Source of the DNA: the human T2T-CHM13v2.0 reference genome, Homo sapiens
Direction: 5' to 3' (one strand)
Assembly: GCF_009914755.1 (NCBI RefSeq)
Contig: NC_060926.1
DNA: 64,000 bases
Numbering within the stretch: the first letter of the stretch is position 1; every line of letters begins with the position of its first letter. This document shows, piece after piece, positions 45,565 through 64,000 of this stretch. Under the pieces are notes generated by a model that did not search any database, was not told the DNA's origin, and worked only from the letters and a program-made list of their open reading frames with translations. Position numbers and translations under genes: made by a program.

Positions 45565-45973
45565 TCACCCCTGTAATCCCAGCACTTTGGGAGGCTAAGG
45601 CCTGTGGATCACAAGGTCAGGAGTTCGAGACCAGCCTGACCAACATGGTGAAACCCCATCTCTACTAAAAATACAAAAATTAGCCAGGCACAGTGGTGGG
45701 TGCCTGTAATCCCAGCTACTCAGGAGGCTGAGGCCGAAGAATCACTTGAACCCAGGAGGCAGAGTTTCAGTGAGCCAAGGTCGTGCCACTGCACTCCAGC
45801 CTGGGAGACAGAGTGAGACTCCGTCTCAAAAAAAAAAAAAAAAAGATACAAGGTGGGCTGGGCATGGTGGCTCACACCTGTAATCCCAGCACTTTGGTAG
45901 GCTGAGGTGGGTGGATCACTTGAACTCAGGAGTTTGAGACCAGCCTAGGCAACATGGTGAAATCCCATGTCTA

Positions 45974-47230
<1,257 letters not shown>

Positions 47231-47411
47231 CTTCCCACAAGGGAACAAGGGCCCCAAGTGAGCAAACAGACAAGGAGGGGCTTGGAGTGGGATGGAGGAG
47301 GAAGACAGGCAGTGCTGTGTGGCTTGAGGTCAGACTTAGAGCTGCCCTGGTGTGAAAGTACTAGAAATACTGGACATTGTTCGCCTTCTGAATCAGCACA
47401 AAAAATAGAAC

Positions 47412-48869
<1,458 letters not shown>

Positions 48870-49045
48870 TAATATTACTTTCTACTTATTCTCCTATCAG
48901 AATCCTACATGTCTTTAAGGTCCCAACTCTAGTTGGGACCCCTTCCTGGAAACCTTACCTGTCCACATCAACCTGAAATGGATGACCTTCATCTTTTGTG
49001 ATCTACCTCGGTTCTTCTTTTTTAGTGCGCATGGAATGTCTCATA

Positions 49046-49548
49046 CTAAGCTGTCCAATTAAGAAGCCATTAAAAAAAAAAAAAAGGCCGGTCGCGGTGG
49101 CTCACGCCTGTAATCCCAGCACTTTGGGAGGCTGGGCGGATCACCTGAGGTCGGGAGTTCGAGAACAGCCTGACCTACATGGAGAAACCCCATCTCTACT
49201 AAAAATACAAAATTAGCCGGGCTTGGTGGCGCATGCCTATAATCCCAGCTACTTGGGAAGGCTGAGGCAGGAGGATCACTTGAACCTGTGAGGTGGAGGT
49301 TGCAGTGAGCCGAGATCGTGCACTCCAGCCTGGGCAACTAGAGCAAAACTCTGTCTAAAAAAAAAGAAGCCATGAGATGCATATGGCTATTTAATGTGTT
49401 TAAAATTAAGTTAAATTTCAATTATTCAGCTCCTCAGTTGTGCTATCCATATTTCAAGTGCTCAACAGCTACATGTGGCTAGTGGCTACCATATTAGTGC
49501 AGATAGAGACTATTTCCATCACTGCAGAAAGTTCCATTGGATAGCAAT
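49046..49548 (-). mobile_element. MER3 with an AluS inserted
   Basis: tttcaagtgctcaacagctacatgtggctagtggctaccatatt...tttccatcactgcagaaagttccattgga. Confidence 0.8.
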
Positions 49549-49551
49549 TAG

Positions 49552-50085
<534 letters not shown>

Positions 50086-50097
50086 TAAATCTCTTTA

Positions 50098-50528
<431 letters not shown>

Positions 50529-51693
50529 CTACTGTAGATACCAGAGTCCAGACCTTCGATCTTCTGAAAGGAACATCTACCTGAACACCTAGTTCCCTGA
50601 CTCCCAGCTCCCATGGTGAAATATTCCTTATGAGGCCAGAGTACTGCCAAGGCCACCATCGTGTGGCCTTCAGCAATAGGTAGAGCAGGCCACAACTGTG
50701 TTGGATAAAGTCAAATTGAAATTTTCTAAATAGGGCTCGGAACCATTCCAGATACCCTGGGCTCAGGGTGACACAAGGCTCAGTTAGTCAACCTGGATGA
50801 CCTGTTTCAGAGCACACCTCCAACCTTACCCAGCTCTCACCCACCTACTGATCTTAGTCAATCAGGATAGCTTTAGGACTTAGTTCCTGGAACCTAAGAA
50901 ATCCACCAGCAAGCCGGGCGTGGTGGCTCACTCCTGTAATCCTAGCACTTTGGGAGGCCAAGTCAGACGGATCACTTGGGGTCAGGAGTTTGAGACCAGC
51001 CTGGCCAACATGGGGAAACCCCATCTTTACTGAAAATACACAAATTAGCCAGGCATGGTGGCATGTGCCTGTACTCCTAGCTACTCAGGAGGCTGAGGCA
51101 GGAGAATTGCTTGAACCCAGGAGGCAGAGGTTGCAGTGAGCCAAGAACATGCCACTGCGTTCCAGACTGGGTGACAGAGTGAGACTCTGTCTCAAAAAAA
51201 GAAAAAAAGAAATTCACCAGCAAACAAGAGCTGAGCCACACCTGATTATATTCAGTTCATTGTTTTCTAACTTAACATCTATTGTTGTCTCATTGTTATA
51301 AGTGTTATATTTGTACCCTTGAGGGCAGGGCCCTCATTACCATCACTGTCCTACACATTCTTTGAGATGATTAAATGAAGCTGATGTTTGTGGAAGTGCC
51401 TTCCATAGAGGATGCCTCAAAAATGTAAACTCCCTCTGCTTTTGTCTCCTTTCCCAAAATCTAGACCTGAAGCATGCCTCCTTTCTCTATTTCTTCAAGT
51501 CTTGCTCTTTCTAAAGATGCAGTTTAAAGTCCACTTTCTGGCCGGGCGTGGTGGCTCACCTCTGTATCCCAGCACTTTGGGAGGCCAAGGCGGGTGGCAA
51601 GACTAGCCTGGCCAACACGGTGAAACCCCGTCTCTACTAAAAATACAAAAATTAGCCAAGTAAGGCGGCGAGCGCCTGTAATCCAGCTACTCA

Positions 51694-51834
<141 letters not shown>

Positions 51835-51837
51835 TTA

Positions 51838-52005
<168 letters not shown>

Positions 52006-53075
52006 TCACTGGGCACCATAGTATGTGTCTGTGGTTCCACTTACTTGAGAGGCTAAGGTAGGAAGATTGCTTGAGCCCGGGAGTTTGGGGGATGTCGTGT
52101 GCCACTGCATTACAGCATGTGTAACATAGCAAGACCCCATCTCTAAAAAATAAAAAAATTATATATCTCAAAGCACTTTACACAGTGTCTAAGATGTTTT
52201 AAGCACTGAGGAAATGTTTAGTATGTGAAGTTTCTAGATAAACTCAATAAAAAAGCAAGTCACAATCCTCTGGTCACTTGTATTCTAATATGTATGTAAC
52301 AATGAGAGGCTTGTATCAACCAAACCATTGTTTGATAAATCTCAATAATGGCTCTCTTATGAAAGATTGCTGCTGCTGTGGCACCACCTATGGGTGTGGT
52401 ACCATAGCCTTCCTCACTGGTTACTCAATGTGGGCTGACACTCTTCTGTCAGCCAAGCTATAACAACATGCTATGTGCCCCAAAGGAACCCATCTTTGCT
52501 CCCTTGTCATTGACAACCCTGTGGAGAACTTCTATTTCATCTAATGGTGATACCACATAACTAGGCTGGGCAAATCAGAATCCTGAACGAGCAGATAAGC
52601 AGCTACATGACAATATGAGTTCACATCAGAGCTCCATGTGAAATGTTATATACTGAGCGATTTCTCTGGAATTGGGTTAGAATGGAAGGGTGAGAAAGTG
52701 CAGTTATCTTTTCCTACTCACTTTGCCACAAGAGGGTCAGCCAGGAAGTCTTATCAGTAAGAGTTGCCTTTGCATACTCCATGAAATCCATTCTGTGTTG
52801 ATCTTTCAACTATTCATTGATCCACTCATTCACTCAATTATGTATTAATTACCTATTCTGTTGTGATATGGAGATATACCAGTGATCAAAACTCACCAAG
52901 TCTAGACCCTCATGGATAATGTAAATTCTCACGAGAGGCTGGGCGTGGTGGCTCACGCCTGTAATCCTAGCACTTTGGGAGGCTGAGGTGGGTGGATCAC
53001 TTGAGGTCAGGAGTTCAAGTCCAGCCTGGCCAATATGGTGAAATATTATTTCTACTAAAATACAAAAATTACCTA

Positions 53076-53246
<171 letters not shown>

Positions 53247-53369
53247 CTATTGATCAATTACTGTATTTCCTCAAATCTGAGGCACCATTGATTGCCACAA
53301 TGGGTTTCATAACAGCTTTTCAGGAAAGAAAAAAAAGTGCTACCACATTAAATATACACATTGATTAGA

Positions 53370-54150
<781 letters not shown>

Positions 54151-55041
54151 AGCTATGTCATGAACATGTCAAAAATATGCACCTTAGGCGAAATAAAGTA
54201 ATTACACAATTAAGGATATGTAGTTACAGTTATGAAATATGCTGTGGAGAAATATAGGGTGCAATAGGAACATATAACTGGGGCACCTTACCAATTCTAC
54301 AGAGGTCAGAAAAAGCATCTTTGAGAAACTCATCTTTGAACTAATGCAAAATGTTGAGTTTGGCTTGAGGAAGTGGAGAGGTGGATGTGGCAGGCTGAGA
54401 TAACATGTGCAAAGGTCCTGTGGCAGGAAGGAACATGATGTATTTAAGTACTTGCAAAATCAGTGAGGCTGGAGCACAAGAAGTGAGAGGGTAGAGGCAC
54501 ACTATGAAGGCTGATGGAGGGGGTGGAGAGCATTCTGCTGTAGAGGCCAAGGGAAACTTCCCCTTTGCCCTCTGAAGAGTTGCTGAAAAAATCAACTCAC
54601 TGGCCAGGCACGGTGGCTCACACCTGTAATCCCAGTACTTTGGGAGGCTGAGGCAGGCGGATCATGAGGTAAGGAGATTGAGACCATCCTGGCTAACATG
54701 GTGAAACCCTGTCTCTACTAAAAATACAAAAATTAGCCAGGCATGGTGGCATGTGCCTGTAATACCAGCTACTCAAGTAGAATCGCTTGAACCCAGGAGG
54801 CAGAGGTTGCAGTGAGCTGAGATCGTGCCACTGCACTCGTCTGGGCAACAGAGAGTGAGACTCTGTCAAAAAACAAACAAACAAACAAAAGAAAACCCTA
54901 AATTTAAATTAAAAAAACAAAACAGGTGCGAATTCCTTATTACATTCTTTATTATTAAAATAAAATCTAGGGCCAGGCACGGTGGCTCACGTCTGGAATC
55001 CCAGCACTTTGGGAGGCCAAGTTGGGCACATCATGAGGTCA

Positions 55042-55635
<594 letters not shown>

Positions 55636-57159
55636 TAAATATATTTTAAATGGTTTTGTTAGAAGAAATTAGGACAGGCTTGCCTTTTGTAAAACTCCAT
55701 CTCAAGTCTTAAATGTAGCGTAAGACAGATTGTCCCAAGTCTTAGGAGGCAAGCTACTTTTCCTATCTGGTAATTTTTATTAATTTTAATTGATCCTCCA
55801 GTTAAGGTGGGAGGGAAAGGAGAGAAGTCTACATAGTTAATGTAGTGCATGGGTTGTCAAAACTGATGAGCATATAAATTCACTGCTCTTGAGACATCTG
55901 GCATCTGGCTAACATTGAGCCACGTGCACCTGTTTCCCAAGACAGAACTCCACGGACAATGCATCTAGTCAGGCTGGCAAGAACAGGAATGAGTTTCACA
56001 TAAGAACATGCATTTGGGGCTTAATGAGGCACACAGGATTATTATTTATAACACAATCAACATATGCAATTTATGAAGTGATTAAATCTTGTCCCAGAAG
56101 AGCTCACATGGATCCAAGCCATGACGACCCAATTATTTAGGGTTTTTTTTCTTTTCTGTTATAATTTACTCTCCTGTGACCAAAAAGGGATTTGAATAAC
56201 TCTGAGATAAAATTCAAGGCCATAATGGCCTTTGTTTTCCCTCAAATTAAATCGCCGCAAAAAATAAAAACTCAGCTTAAAAAAAAAACAACTTAAAAAT
56301 AACCTCTCCCTAAGTCCCCAGATGGGACCATACAGATTTTGGTCTTTGGGTTGTCATCTTTAGTATTTTCCAATCCTTCCTTTCCTCAGGACCTCACATT
56401 TTATAATTGTTATGCTTCTGAAAGTATTTTCAATAACTGCACGAGATCCTTCCAAACCCTTTGAGGTGGGCAACGTAGTTATTATATCTACTTTTAGTGG
56501 TGATAATGAAGATACTGGACTTGGGCACCCCACCAGTCTAAATGAGACATGAACTAGTTAGAAGTGATGGCAGCAGTGAACCCTTCATAAAGCCAGAGCA
56601 GATCCCGCAGTGAAAACCGGCCCTGGCCATTTGTGAGAGGAGGAAATGGATGGTCGGGAAAGCTATGCCTGCGGTCACATGGTCAATATTTTCTACTTCA
56701 AGGTAGTAGGACTGTCAGGCTGCCTGACTTCCAATCTGAAACCCCTCCACCCATTATACTTTCCACCACACTTAATTTTTTCTTTTTTTTTGAGATGGAG
56801 TCTCACTCTATCACCCAGGCTGGAGTGCAGTGGTGTGGTCTTGGTTCACTGCAATCTCCGCCTCCTGGGTTGAAGTGATTCTCCCACCTCAGCCTCCCAA
56901 GTAGCTGGGATTATTACCAGCGCCCACCAACACACCCGGCTAATTTTTGTATTTTTAGTAGAGACGGGGTTTCAACCATGTTGGCCAGGCTGGTCTTGAA
57001 CTCCTGACTTCGGGTGATCTGCCTGCCCCAGACTCCCAAAGTGCTGGGATTACAGGTTTGAGCCACTGTGTTCAGCCCCTACCACTTTAAAATGAACGAT
57101 AGAACTCCAAAATGAGTAGTGCGGATGGTATATGTGTCCCTCTTATCACTACACCAGAA

Positions 57160-57405
57160 AGAAAGGGAGGAAAAAAATAAGGAAGGAAGAAAGAAGAAGG
57201 GAATGAAGTAAAGAAGGAAGGGAGGGAGGAAGGAAGGAAGGGAGGGAGGAAGGAAGAAACTATTGGAGCCCTGTTACCAGCTGAACTGAGCACCTCTATG
57301 AGAACTGGAAATTTAGCTTCATTTTGATTAACTCTTTCTCTTTCTCCTCTCTCTTTCTTTCTTTCTTGCTTTCTTGCTTGCTTTCTTCTTTTTTTTTTTT
57401 TTTTG
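57160..57405. repeat. GA-rich purine tract (57160-57260) followed by a CT-rich pyrimidine tract (57333-57405)
   Basis: Degenerate (GGAA/GGGA)n then (CTTT/CTTG)n, read directly. Confidence 0.85.
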
Positions 57406-57553
57406 ACAGGCTGTCACCCATGCTGGAGTGGAGTGAAGTTATGTATAATAACTCTGCATTTTTGTTTTGGTTTGGTTTGGTTTGGTTTGGTTTTGAGATA
57501 GGGTCTCACTCTGTCACCCAGAAGGCTGGATGCTTGGTTCACTGAAGCCTTGA

Positions 57554-57826
<273 letters not shown>

Positions 57827-58156
57827 TAGTAGAGAAGGGGTTTCTCCCTATTGGCCTGGTTGGTCTTGAACTCCCAACCTTAGGTGATCCACCCACCTCA
57901 GCCTCCCGAAGTGCTGGGATTACAGGCATGAGCTACCATGCCTGGCCTATTTTTTTATTTTTTATTTTTAGTAGAGACAAGGTCTCACTATGTTGCCCAG
58001 GCTGGTGTTGAACGCTTGAGCTCAAGCAATCCTCCCACTTTGTCCCAAAGTGCTGGGATTACAGCCTTGAGCCACCGCACCCAGCTATCATCCTTTTTCA
58101 AATATCAATTCTTTCTGTGTTAATTATACTTGTTTGATATACATTGTTCATTTAAT

Positions 58157-58359
58157 TAGGGTTTCTCAACAGTGGCACCACTAACATTTTGGGCTGAATA
58201 ATTCTTTGCTGTGGGAGCTGTCCTGTGCATTGTAGGATGTTTCTCAGTATCCTGGCCTCTATTCACAAGATGCTAGTCACACTCCCCTAGTTGTGACAAC
58301 CAAAACTGTCTCCAGACATTGCCAAATGTTTCAGACAGTTCTCCAATTGAAAAACACTG
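58157..58359 (+). mobile_element. MER20 (hAT-Charlie)
   Basis: ggtttctcaac...acattttgggctgaataattctttgctgtggga...gttgtgacaaccaaaactgtctccagacattgccaaatgt...ttgaaaaacactg. Confidence 0.9.
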
Positions 58360-59288
58360 TTTTAGTGGGTTTGTTCTAAACATATTTCCAAACTCTATTC
58401 AGTTTTTATCTGAAGGTCAAAAACTACAGCTCAGAACTGGAATTAATATAGAAAGGAAAAGACAAGATTTTTTCATTAAGGGAACACTATAATTTTTTTT
58501 TTTATTTTTCGTAGAGGTGGCGGGGTCATCTCACTATGTTGCTTAGGTTGGTCTTGAACTCCTGGGTTCAAGTGATCCTCCCTCTTTAGCTTCCCAAAGT
58601 GCTGGGATTACAGGCATGGGATTACATGATATGCCTGGCCTGGGAACACTACAATTTGATCAAAATTGTCCCTCTTGCCCATGTTCTGGCCACATTTAAG
58701 TACAAATAGAATTATTAAATCGGGCAGGCAGCCAAGAGCAAACACCTATCTTTGAACTGTATGATGTATAGACCTAATAACGGGTTCACATTCTTCTCCT
58801 CACTTATGATATATAGAATGCTATTTCTTTTTTTTTTTTTTTTTTTTTTGAGACAGAGTCTGGCTGTCGCCCAGGCTGCAGTGCAGTGGCACAATCTCAG
58901 CTCACTGCCAGCTCCGCCTCCTGAGTTCACACTTTTCTCCTGCCTCAGCCTCCCTAGTAGCTGGGACTATAGGCACCTGCCACCACGCCTGGCTAATTTT
59001 TTGTATTTTTAGTAGAGACGAGGTTTCACCGTGTTAGCCAGCATGGTCTCGATCTCTTGACCTCGTGATCCACCTGCCTCGGCCTCCCAAAGTGCTGGAA
59101 TTACAGGCGTGAGCCACCGCGCCCAGCTATAGAATGCTCTTTCTTGATATTTTTCTAACATGTTCAATAATTTCTGTTTCTTTTAGATTTATAATATCTT
59201 TAATGTTTTCTTAATTATAAAAACTCTACATTATCTTGGGAAATTTATTTGAATTCTTTTTAATTTCCTCATAAGAAAGTTATTTTCA

Positions 59289-59628
<340 letters not shown>

Positions 59629-59649
59629 TTAGTCAAAAATGTACCTTTC

Positions 59650-60441
<792 letters not shown>

Positions 60442-61879
60442 TCAAATCAAACATTCAGCAATATATACTGTACATAAAAACATGCAACCTTAATATTTCA
60501 TTCACCAAAAGCTCTTTTCTGTGTGATATCCATGGACATACTCACTGTTCCTTGGAATTTTATCTAATATGTTTCCAAATGTCCTGCTGGACTGCACTAT
60601 AGTCAATCCAGTGATTTCGGTCATCCCTGAAATCCAATTGCTTAGGTAAGTCATTCCCATGGGAACTCACTGAGCTCATTCTGACATTCAGAAGAAATTG
60701 GCCCTCTTTATTCTTTTTTTCTGAGTCCCAACCTTGAATTTAGTTCATTAACATCAAAAATCATTCAGATCATTAGGAGTTGAGAATTAATATTGTTTTT
60801 CTCATCGACTGGGAAAGCAAGGTACAAGCAGCACCCCACTTCTTTCCTTTGCACAAAATCTTATTAATAAACGTTTGACACTATGTCTGTGAAATTGATT
60901 TGTTCTGTTGGTAACAGAAAAAATTGAGTGTGTCTCTAGTAGAGTGCATTGTGCACAAAATTATTCTCTATACTACTCAAAGTTGCAAAAGAGTTGTCAC
61001 GCAACTCATGTGGGATGAAGTGCAGTCAATATTTAAATGCATATAAGTCAGGGCATTTGTTGCCTGGTGGCTATAGATGGCATAGTCCCCCTTCTTCTAC
61101 CATGAACCCCTACACCTAAGTCAGTATCAGTTAACATATATGGATTCATATGTAAGGGAGTTTTTATTTTGAAACTGAGAATGTGGAGAGAAAGTCATTC
61201 CCACAGGAACTCACTGAGCTCATTCAGAGAAGGGGAGAAGCTGAAGTTAAGGAACTGGAGAATGGGAAGAGAGCAAAAGGATCCTACCTCCTTCCTTGGA
61301 CTGGTTTTGAGCTCACTTGTGAGGGTTAGAGGCAGACGTTGATGGAATTATTCAAGAGGGACTTTGAGAGACCTGTCAATAACAGAGAAGGAAGAGGAAG
61401 AGGCCCCTTTCTCCCACTTCTGTTTGTCCCAGCACTGTTCTTGGACTCTGAGACCTGGAAGCATTAAGGGTACCCAGAGACCACAGCTTGGGGGTAGTAG
61501 CACCATGAGGCCACAGACAGCAACTGTGGATGAAGAGGATCCAAATCTGGAGAAGACGCAGGTGGGTGGCGGGGGCAGGGGGCAGGTCATGATGGGCACT
61601 AGGAAGCACCCCTTTGGCTATTCCAAATAGTAATGCAGGGTCACTGTGAAGGGAAGGAGGAGAGAATCTCTTATTTTTTAGGTTTTTAACCTTTTATTTT
61701 AAAAAATTTTGTAGACAGGATCTCGATATGTTGACCAGGCTGGTCTCAAACTCCTGGCCTCAACTGATCCTCCTGCCTCAGCCTCCCAAAGTATTTGGAT
61801 TACAGACATGAACCACTGCACCCAGCCTGAGAGTCTCTTTATGAGTACAGCAATTCATAAAAGCCAGTAGATATTGAAT

Positions 61880-62095
61880 TACACACAGATAGCTTTATTT
61901 AACCCCTATAATAATATCCTGTGAAGGTGGTATTATTATTATTATTATTTCCACTTTACAGATGTGGAAAGTGAGCCTCAGAAAGGTTAAGTAACTTTCC
62001 CTAGGCCACATGGCTCCCAAGAAGCAGGGCTGAGATTAGAACCAAAGTATATTTGACCCTAAGACCCATGTTCTTAACTGCTGTGCTTTACTGCT
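61880..62095 (-). mobile_element. MIR
   Basis: ccactttacagatgtggaaagtgagcctcagaaaggttaagtaactttccctaggccaca. Confidence 0.85.
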
Positions 62096-62159
62096 TCCTA
62101 ATGTAGAAAACAAGGACAGGCCAGGCGCCGTGACTCATACCTGTAACACCAGCACTTTA

Positions 62160-62447
<288 letters not shown>

Positions 62448-62647
62448 TCAGAATTCCAAATGCTTTTAGTTGCTCCATTTTAGACTTGTCCCGGCTGACT
62501 TGTAGTCTTTCTTTTAAGTTCATACATTCAATATAAGTATGTGACTTTCTTTTGTATCCTACAATAGTACTTAAAAAATGTTCAGGCCGGGCGTGGTGGC
62601 TCATGCCTGTAATCCCAGCACTTTGGGAGACCGAGGCGGGTGGATCA

Positions 62648-62961
<314 letters not shown>

Positions 62962-62967
62962 CTAAAG

Positions 62968-63503
62968 CAGCAGGCCCCAACATTTTGGCACCAGTCACCA
63001 GTTTCGTGGAAAGCAATTTTTTCATGGACCAGAATGGCGGGGTGGATTGATTTGGGATGATTCGAGTACATTACATGTATTGTGCACTTTATTTCTGCTA
63101 TTATTAATATTACATTGTAATGCATAATGAAATAGTCATACAAGTCACCATAATGTAGAATTAGTGGGAGCCTTGAGCTTGTTTTCCTGCAACTAGACAG
63201 TCCCATATGGGGATGATGGGAGACAGTGACAGATCATCAGGCATTAGATTCTCATAAGGAACGTGCAGTCTAGATCCCTTGCATGCACAGTTCACAATAG
63301 GTTTCATGCTCCTATGAGAATCTGATATCACCACTGATCTGACAGGAGGCAGAGCTCAGGTGGTAATGTGAGTCATGGGGACAGACTGTAAATACAGATG
63401 AAGCTTTGCTTGCTCACCCGCCACTCATCGCCTGCTGTGTGGGCCAGTTCCTAATAGGTCACAGACCAGTACCAGTCCACAACCTGAGGATTGGGGACCC
63501 CTG
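62968..63503 (+). mobile_element. Full-length MER1A (hAT-Charlie) with perfect 8-bp TSD CTCTAAAG
   Basis: TIRs cagcaggccccaac / gattggggacccctg; ctctaaag at 62960-62967 and 63504-63511; internal MER1 sequence (ggcattagattctcataagga). Confidence 0.92.
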
Positions 63504-63599
63504 CTCTAAAGTATAATTGTGAAAAAATTAAAGAGTATTTTCATTCACCTCTCACTTTCTTTATCACCTGGAAGTGTATATAATTCATGCACCAATTTG

Positions 63600-63745
63600 T
63601 CTGAAAAGTCTGAATGCAAACTTCCTGAGATGAGGGGCCTTATTTTACTCTCCGTTGTACCTCTGGAGCCCAGAACTGTGCCTCCAGTAGAGTAGATGCT
63701 CAATACATACTTGTTGAAGGAAGAAATGAGTGAGTGAATGTATCC
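63600..63745 (+). mobile_element. L2 3' end
   Basis: gagcccagaactgtgcc...agtagatgctcaatacatacttgttgaa...tgagtgaatg. Confidence 0.7.
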
Positions 63746-64000
63746 AGACTATGTGAAGAAAAGGGGAGGAAGTGTTTTGGACACACAGAATGAATGGAAC
63801 TAGCAAGCCTATCTGGCCCCTTGGGAGTTATAGTCACTACCTCTGGGGCCTGGCCTGTGCTTTCGTGCAAATTCCTTGTCCAAGTGGCCCAGCTAATTGT
63901 CATAGCTGCCTTAGGCCCCAGCATCTTGCATTTTGAAGCCTAGCCTATGGAAGAGTTCTCCTTGAGTCAGAAGCCCACTGTGGGGCCAATGAATATGCTC

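Noticed and set aside
50649-50670. 8-bp hairpin AAGGCCAC-catcgt-GTGGCCTT
   Set aside because: Chance-level; no ncRNA boxes nearby.
57200-57260. GGAA repeats as an EWS-FLI1 response element
   Set aside because: At most three consecutive GGAA units, interrupted by GGGA.
61348-61630. Non-Alu ORFs of 77-88 aa near 61.4 kb
   Set aside because: No recognisable homology or convincing splice context; likely chance in purine-rich or old-repeat DNA.

Overview
Human (primate) genomic DNA, very dense in Alu elements, containing the 5' part of RAB1A (Rab1 small GTPase, ER-to-Golgi traffic) on the minus strand. Coding exons 1-4 (39556-39578, 14390-14462, 7597-7692, 608-703) splice in frame with GT-AG boundaries to give residues 1-96; the remaining exons lie beyond the left edge. 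A CpG-island promoter sits at about 39.15-40.5 kb, and the upstream ~23 kb is repeat-dominated with no recognisable gene. An AluYb-lineage copy points to human. Nearly all ORFs in the supplied track are Alu artefacts. Repeats include Alu/FLAM, THE1 and MST LTRs, ERV1-type LTRs, hAT elements (MER1A, MER3, MER20, Charlie1-type), L1M, L2, L3 and MIR; subfamily names are from memory of consensus sequences, not from a RepeatMasker run. I see no new multi-gene system. The most interesting unexplained signals are a candidate in-frame 6-nt microexon in intron 1 (25153-25158), a gap-free 34-bp inverted repeat in apparently unique intron-1 sequence (22893-22998), a 34-bp direct repeat 544 bp apart (60648/61192), ER/Golgi-stress-type motifs around the promoter, and a possible intronic polyadenylation read-through after exon 4.
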